In this document: one piece after another, positions 36,091 to 47,706 of the stretch
Position numbering within the stretch: the first letter of the stretch is position 1
Layout of the letters: every line of letters starts with the position of its first letter
NCBI GenBank assembly: GCA_946965045.2
Contig: OX337237.1
Coordinates: 682,001-746,000 of the forward strand
Reading direction: 5' to 3'
DNA length: 64,000 bases
Source: Epithemia pelagica
Taxonomy: Eukaryota; Protista; Bacillariophyta
Translations under genes and position numbers: made by a program
Notes under the pieces: model-generated
The model's database searches: none
The model's input: only the letters and a program-made list of their open reading frames with translations
Told to the model about the DNA's origin: nothing

Positions 36091-37025
36091 TTCAAGAACT
36101 ACATCACAACCTTTGTATTACACAGTTGCTTTCCCGTCTTTCTCTTGGTCCTGTTATTAGTATTGCGCGCATGTATGACACCCAATGCCCAACAGCCGTT
36201 GTTCCCCACCTTTCAGTCACGCCAAGACAAGAACTCCTACACAGTATATACCGGTCGAGTCCAGACTGTGGATTCGATGCACTTGATACGGTTCGACAAG
36301 AATGAGTGTTGACACTCTTTTCTCTCTCTCTGTCTCGGCGACGCGACAATTTGGTCACTCTTGGACTGGGCCAGATAGACCGTACTTGTGGTCTCTGAGT
36401 GCCATTCTCAGACTGCTTCGTTGAGATTTCAGAACCCAAAGTAACAAGCGGACCAAGCTGTTAACTGTTGGACATATGGAGCTTTTCCAAGGATATAATA
36501 GAACCGAGGTCGCAAAGCCTTGGAGCTGATGCGCTGTTTCTTAGACGCTGCTCGGGCATCCTCTTTTGGAAGCGCTCCTTGGAACACTAGAGATTCGAAA
36601 CAAAGAGACTCTTGGATCGACGAAACAGTATAGATCGATATCCTCGAGAGGGAGCCACCCTCTTGGCAGTGTTTTTTTGGCATTGGAGGAACCCCCCGCG
36701 GTCGGTTTCTGAAACCTGCCATATGGTGGCACACACACATGTGTGTGTTTTTTTTTCTGTCGAATGGATTCACACAGTACCACGCCCTCTGTTGTCATGA
36801 CACAAAACAGAGAATGAACCCTTGGATTGCCACACGCTGCGCTTCCACATCCACTATACTGCCTCTCTCTCATTCTCTCCAATTCGTCCGGCAAAACGAA
36901 AAAAGGCCTCTTGATGTGAGTCAGACAGACGAGAGACTTGGGTGCGTCCATCTCTTTAGAGAGACTGCTTTCACCAAGAGTGTTCATCAATTCAGCGAAA
37001 GCAGGAAGACGACGACGGGTATGTA

Positions 37026-37619
37026 AGGGCTGGGTAAGCCGATCCATGTTCGGCTAAGTAGGTTCAGTACAAAAGCTACGTAGCGTACATAAAATCCTAT
37101 AGTACACGTCATACCTGAAATGGTGGGAAGTCCGAAAAAATGCAAAAACACTCCACGATGACGGCGAGATCCGTTGATGCCGCATGCATTTACCGATGCA
37201 TCGCATCAACATCCTACTACTGTAAGTTGTTTGAGTTTGCTAGTATTACTGTGTTCTGCAGCTACAGAAGATTTGTCGCGTTGGATCAAAAGGTATACTG
37301 GTGATGTAATCCAAAAACCTTCCTAACTCATTCATTTCTCAACGGTGACTCGACCGAATTGAAAGGATAGTCACTCTAGTAGTAAATAATCTTATTGTCA
37401 AAGCGGTCGAGTCAAGCTCTATTATTGAGGAAGTTATGGCCATGGGGGTGATTTCTTCGACCATTGTCGAGTGATGGTTTCCGGATTGCATTGTTTCTCG
37501 TGGCAGCAAGTTTTCGATTTGTGACCATTCCCCCCACTTGTTACAGTGATGAAAATAGTACTACGTAGCTTAATGTACTGAGCCTACTTAGCCGAACATG
37601 GATCGGCTTATCCAGCCCT
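37026..37619. mobile_element. Non-autonomous TIR element (MITE-1, ~594 bp), TA target duplication
   Basis: Termini AGGGCTGGGTAAGCCGATCCATGTTCGGCTAAGTAGG... and ...CCTACTTAGCCGAACATGGATCGGCTTATCCAGCCCT (about 44 bp with 2 mismatches, extendable); TA on both sides; empty paralogous sites near 46625 and 59395. Confidence 0.88.
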
Positions 37620-37935
37620 TATATCATCGTGAGAATGGGGGGTGTCAAAAGATTTCTCGGGGAATCTTTTCGCATTATATGCGACCTATGAGCCACTGCG
37701 CGCCACTCGTTCTCATGTCTGTACGTCGTCAGTCGTTACGGCTCGAGGCAGATAGCTTAGACAATAGTCGACTGCCCAGAGGATAGCAGGACAAGGCGGA
37801 GGAGAAGAAAACCATCGCCACTGCATAGAACACTGCAAAAGCGACGTTTATAATACTCGTAGCAGTTTGAGTAAGTCAAGCTTGACTCATCGTTCGGAAA
37901 AACTATCCTTTCCCCATACACACTTTTGCTGGCCA

Positions 37936-38207
37936 AATCTTCAATTGAGTCGCTCTTCATGTCGTGGTCCCGAATCAAGACAGTCGCACATATGACCTTT
38001 GGGATAGAAACCGCATGGGAGGCGGTCATAGCTCACATAGGTCTTGGACCATCTCGATCGCATCTGGCACAACAACATTCTCTCAATCCTAGTCGTAATG
38101 CTCACTCTTTCTAAATCACTCTGTTTTGAAACCCTTTTGCTTGCATCTACGATTACGTTACTTCTGTGCACAGGAGACACCATCAGGGCCAATCTAGTGA
38201 TCCAACA
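37936..38207 (+). repeat. 5' LTR lacking its first 6 bp (TGTTGG)
   Basis: Matches 43870-44141; one substitution noticed (gatcgcatc vs gatctcatc). Confidence 0.9.
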
Positions 38208-38427
38208 TACTAGCTAGTATCGGTGATTGCTTCATTGGTCCCCATATCGATCGAAAGAGCGAAACTCGTGAGCACGGGATCAAGAAATCTGACGCTGTTG
38301 AATTGCTGAATCGCAAAATCGGGACAGGAGTCGTTCGAATCCACAAAGCTTTGAATACTCTGATCGTATATTGTTGTGTTGTTACCATCTTGACTGACTT
38401 CATATCTATCATATCAATCAAATCATA

Positions 38428-41400
38428 ATGGATCTCTCAAGTAGTGACAAGACCTCAACGACGATCAAGGTACCAAGCTTTTCGGGCAAGAAAGCCGACT
38501 ATCCCATTTGGTGGATGCGCTTCCGTTCTCATGCAAGAGTCCACAACTTCATTGGCGCCTTATCCGATACTCCCGAGAAAGAACTTCCAAGCACTGAACA
38601 TGAACCAATCGATGAATCAACAGAGAGTGGGAAAGCCGCCAAGAAAGCTTTGAACCGAAATGCCATGGCAGTTGCTTGCCTTAGTATGGCTCTTCAAGCC
38701 GACGATGACTTGAAACTGGTGATGAAATCGATCACATCTGACTGGCCAGGTGGTCGTGCCCACATCATTGTGAAAGGACTGTTTCGAAACTACAAGAGCG
38801 AGAACGTTGCTGCTAAGATGCGAATCCGACAAGACGTGAACAAGATATCCATGACCAACACAATGAACCCGAAGATTCTTCGAAAGCGGATATCGCAGAT
38901 TGAAAACCGTCACAATCATGAACTAGCCGATGATGATTTGGTGGCCATCGTGATCGAGAAGGCCGCACCGATTTACAGCACCATTGTCGCCACGGAACAA
39001 CGCGCAAAAGGAACAGCCCTCACAGCTGATGACCTTATTGACGCCATGATGACCCAGTGGAATCTTCATCACGACGAAGATGATGACGGAGAAGATGGCA
39101 CTGAATCCAGCCTCGATCAGTCAGCCAGTGGTGGATTGTCACTTCAGGCAACGCAAACATATCCTATCTGTCAAGCAGTCGGAGATCCCTCCAGTACTCC
39201 TCCCAAGCCATATGTTGTGTGTAATTTCTGCCAAGAACCTGGACACGGATATTACCAATGCCCTCTTCGATCACAGGCGTCACAACAAGGAAGCGGAACT
39301 GCCTTGGCCGTTGGACCTGGTCAACTGCAGCCACAGCAACAGCCCCAACAAGGATATCGACCATACAACGGACAACAGCAAGGACAATGGCGACAACCGT
39401 ATCACCAAGGCGATCGTCCTCGACCTTATTGCGAAGATTGCAAGATGTATGGCCACTCAACACAGCGCTGTTGGGAGAATCCAGCCAATGCGCATTTCCG
39501 TCCACCCAATTGGACAAGTCGCCGAAACCGCCAACAACAAGCTCCATCTCCAATTCCCCCTGCAAATGCTCCTCCTACACAAGAAGTACCCCCAGTTCAA
39601 GACATTGCGACAGTTGTTGCATCTAACACCACAGCACGTCCGACAACTCCAGCTCCCAATGGACAGTCGACAACCTTATCCGAACCACGTGTTGAGATGC
39701 TCATGAGCTGCATTGAATTCCCTCATGACTTACAACTCCTTCGTGACCCCAACATCTGGATTGCAGACACTGGAGCCACTCAGCATATGACATCACACTC
39801 TCGTGGATTTGTCAACATGTCGCGTCCAGAAGATCCGATTAGTCTCGTTATGGCAAACGATACGACAGAAAGCGCAACAATAATTGGAGACTTACCTGGT
39901 ATCTGTTGCAACAAATATGGATGCGAATTGGGTCCTGCTCGACTGACCGGTGTCAACCTTCTGCCAAGTGCCGCATTCAACCTGTTCAGTGTCTCGAAGA
40001 TGCTCAAACAAGGCTGGTCGTTGAGTGGATCATCTGAAGCAATCGTCATCACCAAGAATAACATGAGTGTAATTTTTGACATCGTCATCCCAACTCCAGA
40101 GGGAATGATCTTCTGCATGTACTTCAAGCGCAAACAAGATCTTACCGGACATGAAATCATTGGCGCTCTCCCTGATATCAATCCCAAGAAACGCAAGACC
40201 ATAACCATGCAACAGGCTCATGACAAGCTCGGTCACATTGACATCCGGAAACTCAAACCCATGGTCGAGCATCTTGGATTTCAGCTGGACGGCGGAGAAA
40301 TGGCCAAGTGTGCAGCTTGTGCTGCAGGCAAGGCTCGTCGCAAGAATCTTCCTCGGTCTGACACTCCAACGAGTTCCGAACCCGCAGATCCATCCGTCAA
40401 TCGCATTTACTTGGATATGAGCTCAGTCCGTCCTAATGCTTCACATCCTAAACCCCGCAAGAATCAATGGCGAATGATTGTCCATGGCAAGACTCAGCTC
40501 AAATTCTCAGCCTTCTACGAGTCCAAGAATGCAATGGTTGAACCCACATGCAAATTTCTTCATCGCTGGGAAGCTAATGGTCTTGGGGCGACTCATGTGC
40601 GTCTCGATAATGCCGGTGAAAATATCCTTCTTCAGTCGCGTAGTCAGTCCGCCGATTGGAAGCTGAACCTCAACTTTGAATTCACTGCGCGCAATACTCC
40701 GCAACAGAACTCGCTTGCGGAAGTTGCAATATCTACCATTGCTATGCGAGGTCGAGCCATGATGCATCGTGCTAATATCCCTATGGAGTATCGGAGTCTA
40801 TTATGGACTACTGCCTTTGATACGGCAACATTATTGGATGGCTTAATAGTCATAGAGATCGATGGAGTTTCTAAAACACGGTACGAACACTGGAGTGGGC
40901 AATTGCCCCGATTTGCACATCATTTACGAACATGGGGGGAGGCTGGAACGGTCAAAACAGCCACCGATACGACCAAGAAGTTGGAAGACAAGGGCACCCA
41001 TTGTATTTTCGTCGGATATTGCCGCGATCATGCTGGGGATGTTTATCGAATGTTTAACCCCCAAACTAAGAAACTTCATGTGACTCGCGATATCACATGG
41101 TTGCATCGGATGTATTTTCTTCCCCCAAATGATTCACCGCATCTCATGATCACTCCAATATTGGCACCCGAGAACGACTGTGACTCGGAGGTGCACCTCG
41201 AAGACGAAGGCAACGCGTCAGATCGATCTAAGCCCTTCATTGAAGAACTTGAAGATGATTGTCCCAACCAACCTGTAGTGGACACTCCCATGGTCGAGAC
41301 AGTTGATCGAACAACGGACGCTGACGAAAATGTGAGCGCAATCACCTCTGCAACACCACGCCAACATCAAGTAACACGAACTGGCCGTCATGTTCGTCCT

Positions 41401-43570
41401 CCACAGCGTCTTATCGAAGAATACCAATGTGCCGGAATTGATTATCGTGAGCTGTCTCTCACTCAGTCTGAGATCAACTACTTCTCTTCAATGGCCGCAC
41501 TAGGACACGAAGATGCAGATTTCAGTGAGCAAACTGGATCTAGTTATGCACTTGATGATGACGATTCGTCTAGCTATGAAGAAATCGATGATGAACCACC
41601 GGATGACATGCAATTAAACCATCACTCCGACATCAGCGATGCATTTGTCCAGGCAGATTTGGTCACCGATATCAGCAACGCGTACCAACATGCCGACATT
41701 GATCCCAAATACCTAGTACCCACATTTCCGGTTGATTGTGAAGCTTCTGGTTATAGTTCCAACTCATCGCCATTTGCTCGAGAGTGCGCCTTAGTGGGAG
41801 CCGGTCTGGGCGGTGGCATCCAAAACACCAAAGAGTTGCACGTCCTTACATACAACGAAGCGATCAATGGACCAGAACGCGAACAATGGCTCGAATCCAT
41901 CGAAAAAGAGTATCAGCGCATGATCAACAACGGCGTCTTCATTCCATGCGCACCCGAAGAAGTACCAGCTGACGCCAAGATTCTTAGCAACGTGTGGGCA
42001 ATGAAGAAGAAAGCAAGTGGAGCGTTCCGTGCACGCTTGATTGCCCGAGGGTACAAACAAGTCGACGGGGAGCACTATGACAGTCATGCCACGTTTGCTC
42101 CAGTGGCCTCTGAGATGACCATTATGATCATATTCGTCTTGATCATCTTAGCGAATTGGGTCGTGCATGTGATGGATGTCAAGGGAGCCTTTCTGCTCGG
42201 AGACTTCGAAAAAGATCGGAAGATGTGGATGACCATTCCGAAAGGAATGGAGTCCAAATATCCTCCTGGTTGGTTAATCTTCCTTGGCAAGACTCTTTAT
42301 GGCACAAAGCAAGCCGCTCGTGCCTTTTGGAATAAGGTTCAGGAAGTTATGATTCTTGCGCAACCGTGCTGATCCATGCCTCTACTTCGCATGGACCGCA
42401 TATGGACTTGTCATTTGGCTCTCATGGGTAGATGATTTCTTGGTTTGTGGCTCCGAAGCAGGAGTCCTTCACTCCAAAGAAGCCATGAAGGAGCACTTTG
42501 ACTGCGAGGACTGCGGTGAATTGACGGAATATATTGGTTGCAAGGTCGACATTGACCGTGAGCAGCGTCTTTGCAAGTTCTCGCAGCCTGTCTTGCTGCG
42601 GAGCTTTACCGATGAGTTTGATGTTCCGACGGCGACACAGCCGTATGCCACTCCTGCAGCACCAGGGGAAGTACTCAAGAAAGACGACGGAACAGACGAC
42701 TTGGATTCGAAGCAGCAGTCTATGTATCGCAGCGGCATGGGCAAATTGTTACATCTCATGAAATGGTCCCGTCCAGACATCTTGAACTCCGTCCGCGAAC
42801 TCTCCAAGTTTATGAAGCAAGGAACACAACACCATCTTAAAGCCATGTTCCGTGTCATGCGCTATTGCATGGACACATCGAAATACAGCAAGATCTTGCG
42901 ACCGGTTGGTTGTTGGAACGGTGACAAGGACAGTTTTGAATTCGTCATTAGTGGTCGCAGTGACTCGGATTTCGCGAAAGACCCCGAAAAACGTCATAGT
43001 GTTTCTGGAATTTCGGTTTTCCTCCAAGACGCGCCGATTTCTGAATCCAGCCGAATGCAGGATTGTGTTACCCTCTCTGTGAGCGAAGCGGAAATTGTTG
43101 CGGCTGTGGAAACGGGTCAACGTATGCTCTTTGGAATGCGAGTCCTTGAACAAATGGGTCTGACTGTCCAGAAACCCATGATTTTGCAGATGGATTGCAA
43201 GGGCGCCATTGCTCTCACCCATTCGTGGAGCGTTGGAGGCCGAACTCGTCACATCGATGTCAAGTGGCACTTTCTTCGTGAGATGAAAGAGGAAGGCATC
43301 ATTCACACCGTTTGGTTGCACTCACCTGAAAACTCTGCAGACCTTTTCACCAAGAACTTAACTGGCCCAGAATTCCGAAAGCATGCATCCGTCTACTGCT
43401 CCGACCTTGACCCTGATAGCAATGCTGACGATGATCCTGACGCAACGGCCACAGACATTCCTGGTGCTCACGTCGAACCTCTCAATGGATCCGAAACCGC
43501 CATGCTTGTTTACCAAGGCCCTCTTCCATATTGGCTCGCCCATTATCTTCGCACACGATCTTCCAAGTGA
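38428..43570 (+). pseudogene. Copia gag-pol polyprotein with one frameshift in RT (ORFs 38428-42372 and 42356-43570)
   Basis: Two CX2CX4HX4C knuckles (CNFCQEPGHGYYQC, CEDCKMYGHSTQRC); protease WIADTGATQHM; HDKLGH...CAAC; integrase YLDM/RLDNAGE/QQNSLAE; RT MDVKGAFL and WVDDFL; RNase H SDSDFA, EAE and RTRHID. Frame changes at ~42356 (IL/RNRADPCLY). Confidence 0.92.
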
Positions 43571-43863
43571 CTCAGCCCCATCAGTATCTCATACCATCAT
43601 AGTGAAAAGCCCATTGTCAACCGTATCCATCGAAACAAAACAACAACATCAGTCAGAAATCCGAACCATGAAAACCCAAATCATTAAAACAAAACCTTCA
43701 ACACAACGACTCTTACCATCAGCATCATCAACACTCCATCTAAATCAGGCAGGGCATTATTTTCATTTCCGCACACATTCGAAACACACAAGACGATCAC
43801 CACCCATTATGACATCAAGGATTATGGTATCTATGGACATTCGAGCGACACAATTAGGCAGGG

Positions 43864-44141
43864 TGTTGGAATCTTCAATTGAGTCGCTCTTCATGTCGTG
43901 GTCCCGAATCAAGACAGTCGCACATATGACCTTTGGGATAGAAACCGCATGGGAGGCGGTCATAGCTCACATAGGTCTTGGACCATCTCGATCTCATCTG
44001 GCACAACAACATTCTCTCAATCCTAGTCGTAATGCTCACTCTTTCTAAATCACTCTGTTTTGAAACCCTTTTGCTTGCATCTACGATTACGTTACTTCTG
44101 TGCACAGGAGACACCATCAGGGCCAATCTAGTGATCCAACA
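43864..44141 (+). repeat. 3' LTR (278 bp)
   Basis: TG...CA with 7-bp terminal inverted repeat; short purine run aggcaggg immediately upstream. Confidence 0.93.
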
Positions 44142-44971
44142 GTCCCTACCTACAAGGAGCGATGGATCATACCAGTTCCATTGGCCACGCCAATGGCATT
44201 CACTTCAAGGAAAGCGTCCCAGGTCGTTTCCAATTTGTTTTTGTTTTTCGTCCACAGTTTTGGATTCTCCACCCTGGCGGACAAGAGTGTCACGTGTGGC
44301 ATCACGTGATGGCACCCTGATTTCCTCCATTTCAGTTGTGGCCCGCAAAAGTCCTTGTTGCAGTTTTTGGAATCTGTTTTTGTGGATCGACTCTCTTGCT
44401 TGTGGATTGTTAATGAGAGCATGAAATTTCTTGACCCTGAAACAGAATGTTCCGAGGTTCACGTGGGATATTTGGTACGATATATTATTATATCAAGTCC
44501 AATACACTGATGTAGATGCGACCATTCAGGAATGCCTGTGCAACTCTTCCATTCGTGGACATGCAGCGAACTCGGCCGTTTCCAACCGTAACTGTTGTTG
44601 GATGCGGTGGTTCTCTCTTATGAAGAATCATTCGACGGAACTCTATGCATGGGGTACAAGACTAGTGTGTATCGAAGGATCCATTCATTCGTACACAAGG
44701 AAACAGATCCAATAATGCCATTCGTCGGGAGAATCTTTTTGTGGGACCCCTTTCCGCTGCCAACAAAAGACTACGGTCCATCGAAACCCTCCCATTGCCT
44801 ATAGTAGTAAGTATGACACGCACACCGTATTACTCTAATAAAACTACCTACCTATAGTCGTTTGACCCTCTTGTTTTCGTTTCAGTTGTCGTTGTCGTTT
44901 TTGGCGGGGGTGCCCTGGTTGTGTGTTTCTTGTTGTTGCTGTTGTCGTTCTTGTGGCAGTGGTTCTTATTC

Positions 44972-46276
44972 TTATCCCCGGGGCGTGGCAAAGCCATATT
45001 CGGTATTGTCATAGGGTTCCGGCAAGGGTTGTTTGACCAAGCCTTCGGCCTGTTCCTTGATGGACGCAAACATCTGAAAGTGTTGCACACGAGTAAAAAA
45101 TAGAAAGTCAATACCCACCAAAAATAATGTGAGTTCAGTGCCGCGTACACTGCAAAACCTCAAGCCAAACACGACATACAAACAGCCACAAAAACGAGCA
45201 ATCACAATCCATAGACGTACCGGATGGGTAAAGTATCGTTCTCCAAAACTGGGAATGATACAGACGGCCGTTTTCTGGGCCGATTCCGGTCGTTGACAGA
45301 CTTGGAGGGCGGCCGCGACAATGGCACCGGAACTCACACCCACGGGCAAGCCCGTCATCCACAATTCATTGGTCATGGCCATGGCCGTGTCGGACGAAAT
45401 GGGCACGACTTCGTCCAACACGTCCAAGTCCAAGACGGGCGGCACCAAGCCGGCCCCCATGCCTTGAATCTTGTGCGGACCTTGGGGACCAATCTTGTCA
45501 CCGCCCTTGGCGGCGGTAATCAACATTTGTTCTTGCGGTTCGACGGCGACGGTAACCAAGTTGGGATTGAGGGGCGGACAATTGTGATTGGCGGAACCTT
45601 TAATGTATTGCGAGACACCCGTCACGGTGCCACCCGTCCCCACACCCGACACCAACAAGTCAATCGTCCCATCGGTATCACGCCAAATTTCGGGTCCCGT
45701 CGTTTCGCGATGAATTTTGGGATTGGCGGGATTTTCAAATTGTTGCAACATGAATCCGTGCTTGCCGTCACGGTCCAAGTCGGCCAAAATTTCATGCGCC
45801 TTGGCCAAGGCACCGGGGACGGCCGTTTCCTTGGGCGTCAAGACCACTTGACAGCCCAACGCCAAGAGCATCATGCGTCGTTCGACCGACATGGTTTCCG
45901 GCATGGTCAAGATGCAGTCGTAGCCCCGTTCGCGGGCAATAAAGGCCAAGGCAATCCCGGTATTGCCCGAGGTGGGTTCCACCAAGGTTGTTTGACCGGG
46001 CGTAATCAAGCCATCGGCTTCGGCTTGATCAATCATGCTGCGACCCAACCGATCCTTGACGGAACTACAGGGACCCAAGGATTCCATCTTGCCATAGAGT
46101 TTGCAACCCTCGGCCAAGGGATGAGAAGCTTGCAACATGGTACCCAAATCCAACAAGGGAGTATTGCCCACGAGATCCGAGGGACGCGATGCCACATGCA
46201 GCAACCGTTGGCAGCTCGTCGTGGTCGTGGCGGCGGAAGCGGGGGTAGATGCTGGTTTGGACTGTCGACACCCCAT
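44972..46276 (-). CDS. cysK: Cysteine synthase (O-acetylserine thiol-lyase) A1, two exons, 385 aa, leader MGCRQSK
   Basis: SSVKDR (PLP Lys), PTSGNTG, QQFENPAN, TTGPEIW, GTGGT, IQGMGAG, ERY; intron 45074-45220 (CCG|GTACGT...CAG|ATG). Confidence 0.92.
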   Translation of the reverse strand: MGCRQSKPASTPASAATTTTSCQRLLHVASRPSDLVGNTPLLDLGTMLQASHPLAEGCKLYGKMESLGPCSSVKDRLGRSMIDQAEADGLITPGQTTLVEPTSGNTGIALAFIARERGYDCILTMPETMSVERRMMLLALGCQVVLTPKETAVPGALAKAHEILADLDRDGKHGFMLQQFENPANPKIHRETTGPEIWRDTDGTIDLLVSGVGTGGTVTGVSQYIKGSANHNCPPLNPNLVTVAVEPQEQMLITAAKGGDKIGPQGPHKIQGMGAGLVPPVLDLDVLDEVVPISSDTAMAMTNELWMTGLPVGVSSGAIVAAALQVCQRPESAQKTAVCIIPSFGERYFTHPVRLWIVIARFCGCLYVVFGLRFCSVRGTELTLFLVGIDFLFFTRVQHFQMFASIKEQAEGLVKQPLPEPYDNTEYGFATPRG

Positions 46277-47080
46277 GATGCTCCTCTTTTTCCCTCTCCC
46301 ACAATTATGGAATGCAGCAATACGTCACTCGGGTCCGTCTCTCTCTCTCTCTCTCTCTCGCTTGTTTCCGGCCGAGGGAGAGTTTCTCGAATGGGTTGCG
46401 AAAGCAGGCGGGTGCAACTCTCTAAAAGGATTCGAAACCCAAGATCCAATCTTTCTTACAGTAACGACAGAGTGGTGTGGATCGAACTAACTGTCGTTGT
46501 CGTCGTTGTCGTCTCGTGTCAAAACAGCGTGGGCAACCTTATTTTTCTTCAAGACCCAAGATACACCCAAAAAGATACGTATGCCTGTTCATCAATTCAC
46601 CGAAAGGAGGAAGACGACGACGGGTGTGTATCATCGTCGTCAGAAAAGATATCTCGCGGGGAATCTTTTCGCATTATATGCGACCTATGAGCCACTGCGC
46701 GTCATGCGTTCTCTTCTTGTCTAGCCGTTACGGTTACGGCTCGAGGTAGCTTAGCAACCACGACACTTGACAGGATATAGCAACCGGAGGAGAAGAATCA
46801 TCGCCACAGACAGTGCGAATGAACCCCATTGGAAACACATTGATAAGACAGTTTCGGGCAGATCATCATTTCTCGTCCCATTAAAAAAATGGCACCACCA
46901 AATCCACGGAGAATGGTCAAGTCCAAACGGAAACATATAAAGAGAATCCAAAGCATAGCTAGCAGCTATATCAATGGACCATTTACCACAGTCCTAGGAG
47001 TACTCTATATTGTATGATTTTTGTGCTGGTGGTGGTTCGTCATGGAATACACACACATATCGTCTCGCGCAGAAAGACTG

Positions 47081-47681
47081 CAACTTCCGGTAACTACACG
47101 TGAGTCGCATATTCTCTCCCAAAACCCAACGGACGAAACCAAAACAAAAGATCGATATTCATACAAAGTACGTATTATGATACCGTAGAATATGATTTAC
47201 CATTCTCTAGTATGGAACAAACGGGAATGTCGAAAGGTATGTCGTTTGTATGTCGTTTGTATGTCGTTTGATGTTGTTTGATGTCGTTTGATGTCGTTTG
47301 ATGTCGTTTCGGGCTCGCGCGCAAACATGGTTTGCCTCAAAATCCAGCGGTGCTCCTTCAGTTGATGGGCTTTCCGTCAATCAGTGACTTGAAACCTTGT
47401 GATTTCTCGTGAAGAATCCCATTCGCTGGAGAGTACATATTCTTTTGGCGATAAAAACATCCGACATCATCCGACATCATCCGACATCCTCCGACATCAT
47501 CCGACATCTACCAAATCCTCCGACATCCGTGACTCTGGATGTTTTCCTCATATTAAAATAATCTGTACCTAGTATGATCATATAAGAGGTATTACTGTGT
47601 GAAAATTAAAAATGTTATATCGTGACGATACTCTGAGTAGTAGAAGGATTACCTATGTTTTGAGTCCATAACCGGAAGTTG
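47081..47681. mobile_element. MITE-2 (601 bp): 13-bp TIR, 3-bp TSD, inverted subterminal 10-bp repeats (CACTA/CMC-like layout)
   Basis: CTG|CAACTTCCGGTAA ... TAACCGGAAGTTG|CTG; (ATGTCGTTTG)n at ~47238-47310 and (CATCCGACAT)n at ~47457-47525 share an inverted ATGTCG core. Confidence 0.75.
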
Positions 47682-47706
47682 CTGAATCTACTCCAAATCT
47701 TTGTTA

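Larger units (their letters stand above)
37936..44141 (+). mobile_element. Ty1/copia LTR retrotransposon, near full length, young
   Basis: LTRs 37936-38207 and 43864-44141 (3' LTR TGTTGGA...TCCAACA); gag-PR-INT-RT-RNaseH order. Confidence 0.95.

Noticed and set aside
42340-42375. Programmed ribosomal frameshift in the copia pol
   Set aside because: It falls inside RT rather than at the gag-pol boundary, shows no slippery heptamer and appears to be missing residues; a deletion or sequencing error is more likely.
45224-46690. 488-aa plus-strand ORF (also 48668-49408, 58365-58961, 61438-62178)
   Set aside because: Antisense shadows of cysteine synthase coding sequence with no domain motifs.
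47238-47530. 10-bp arrays (also the 20-bp x3 array at 51382) as CRISPR
   Set aside because: Units are contiguous with no unique spacers, there are no cas genes, and the context is eukaryotic.
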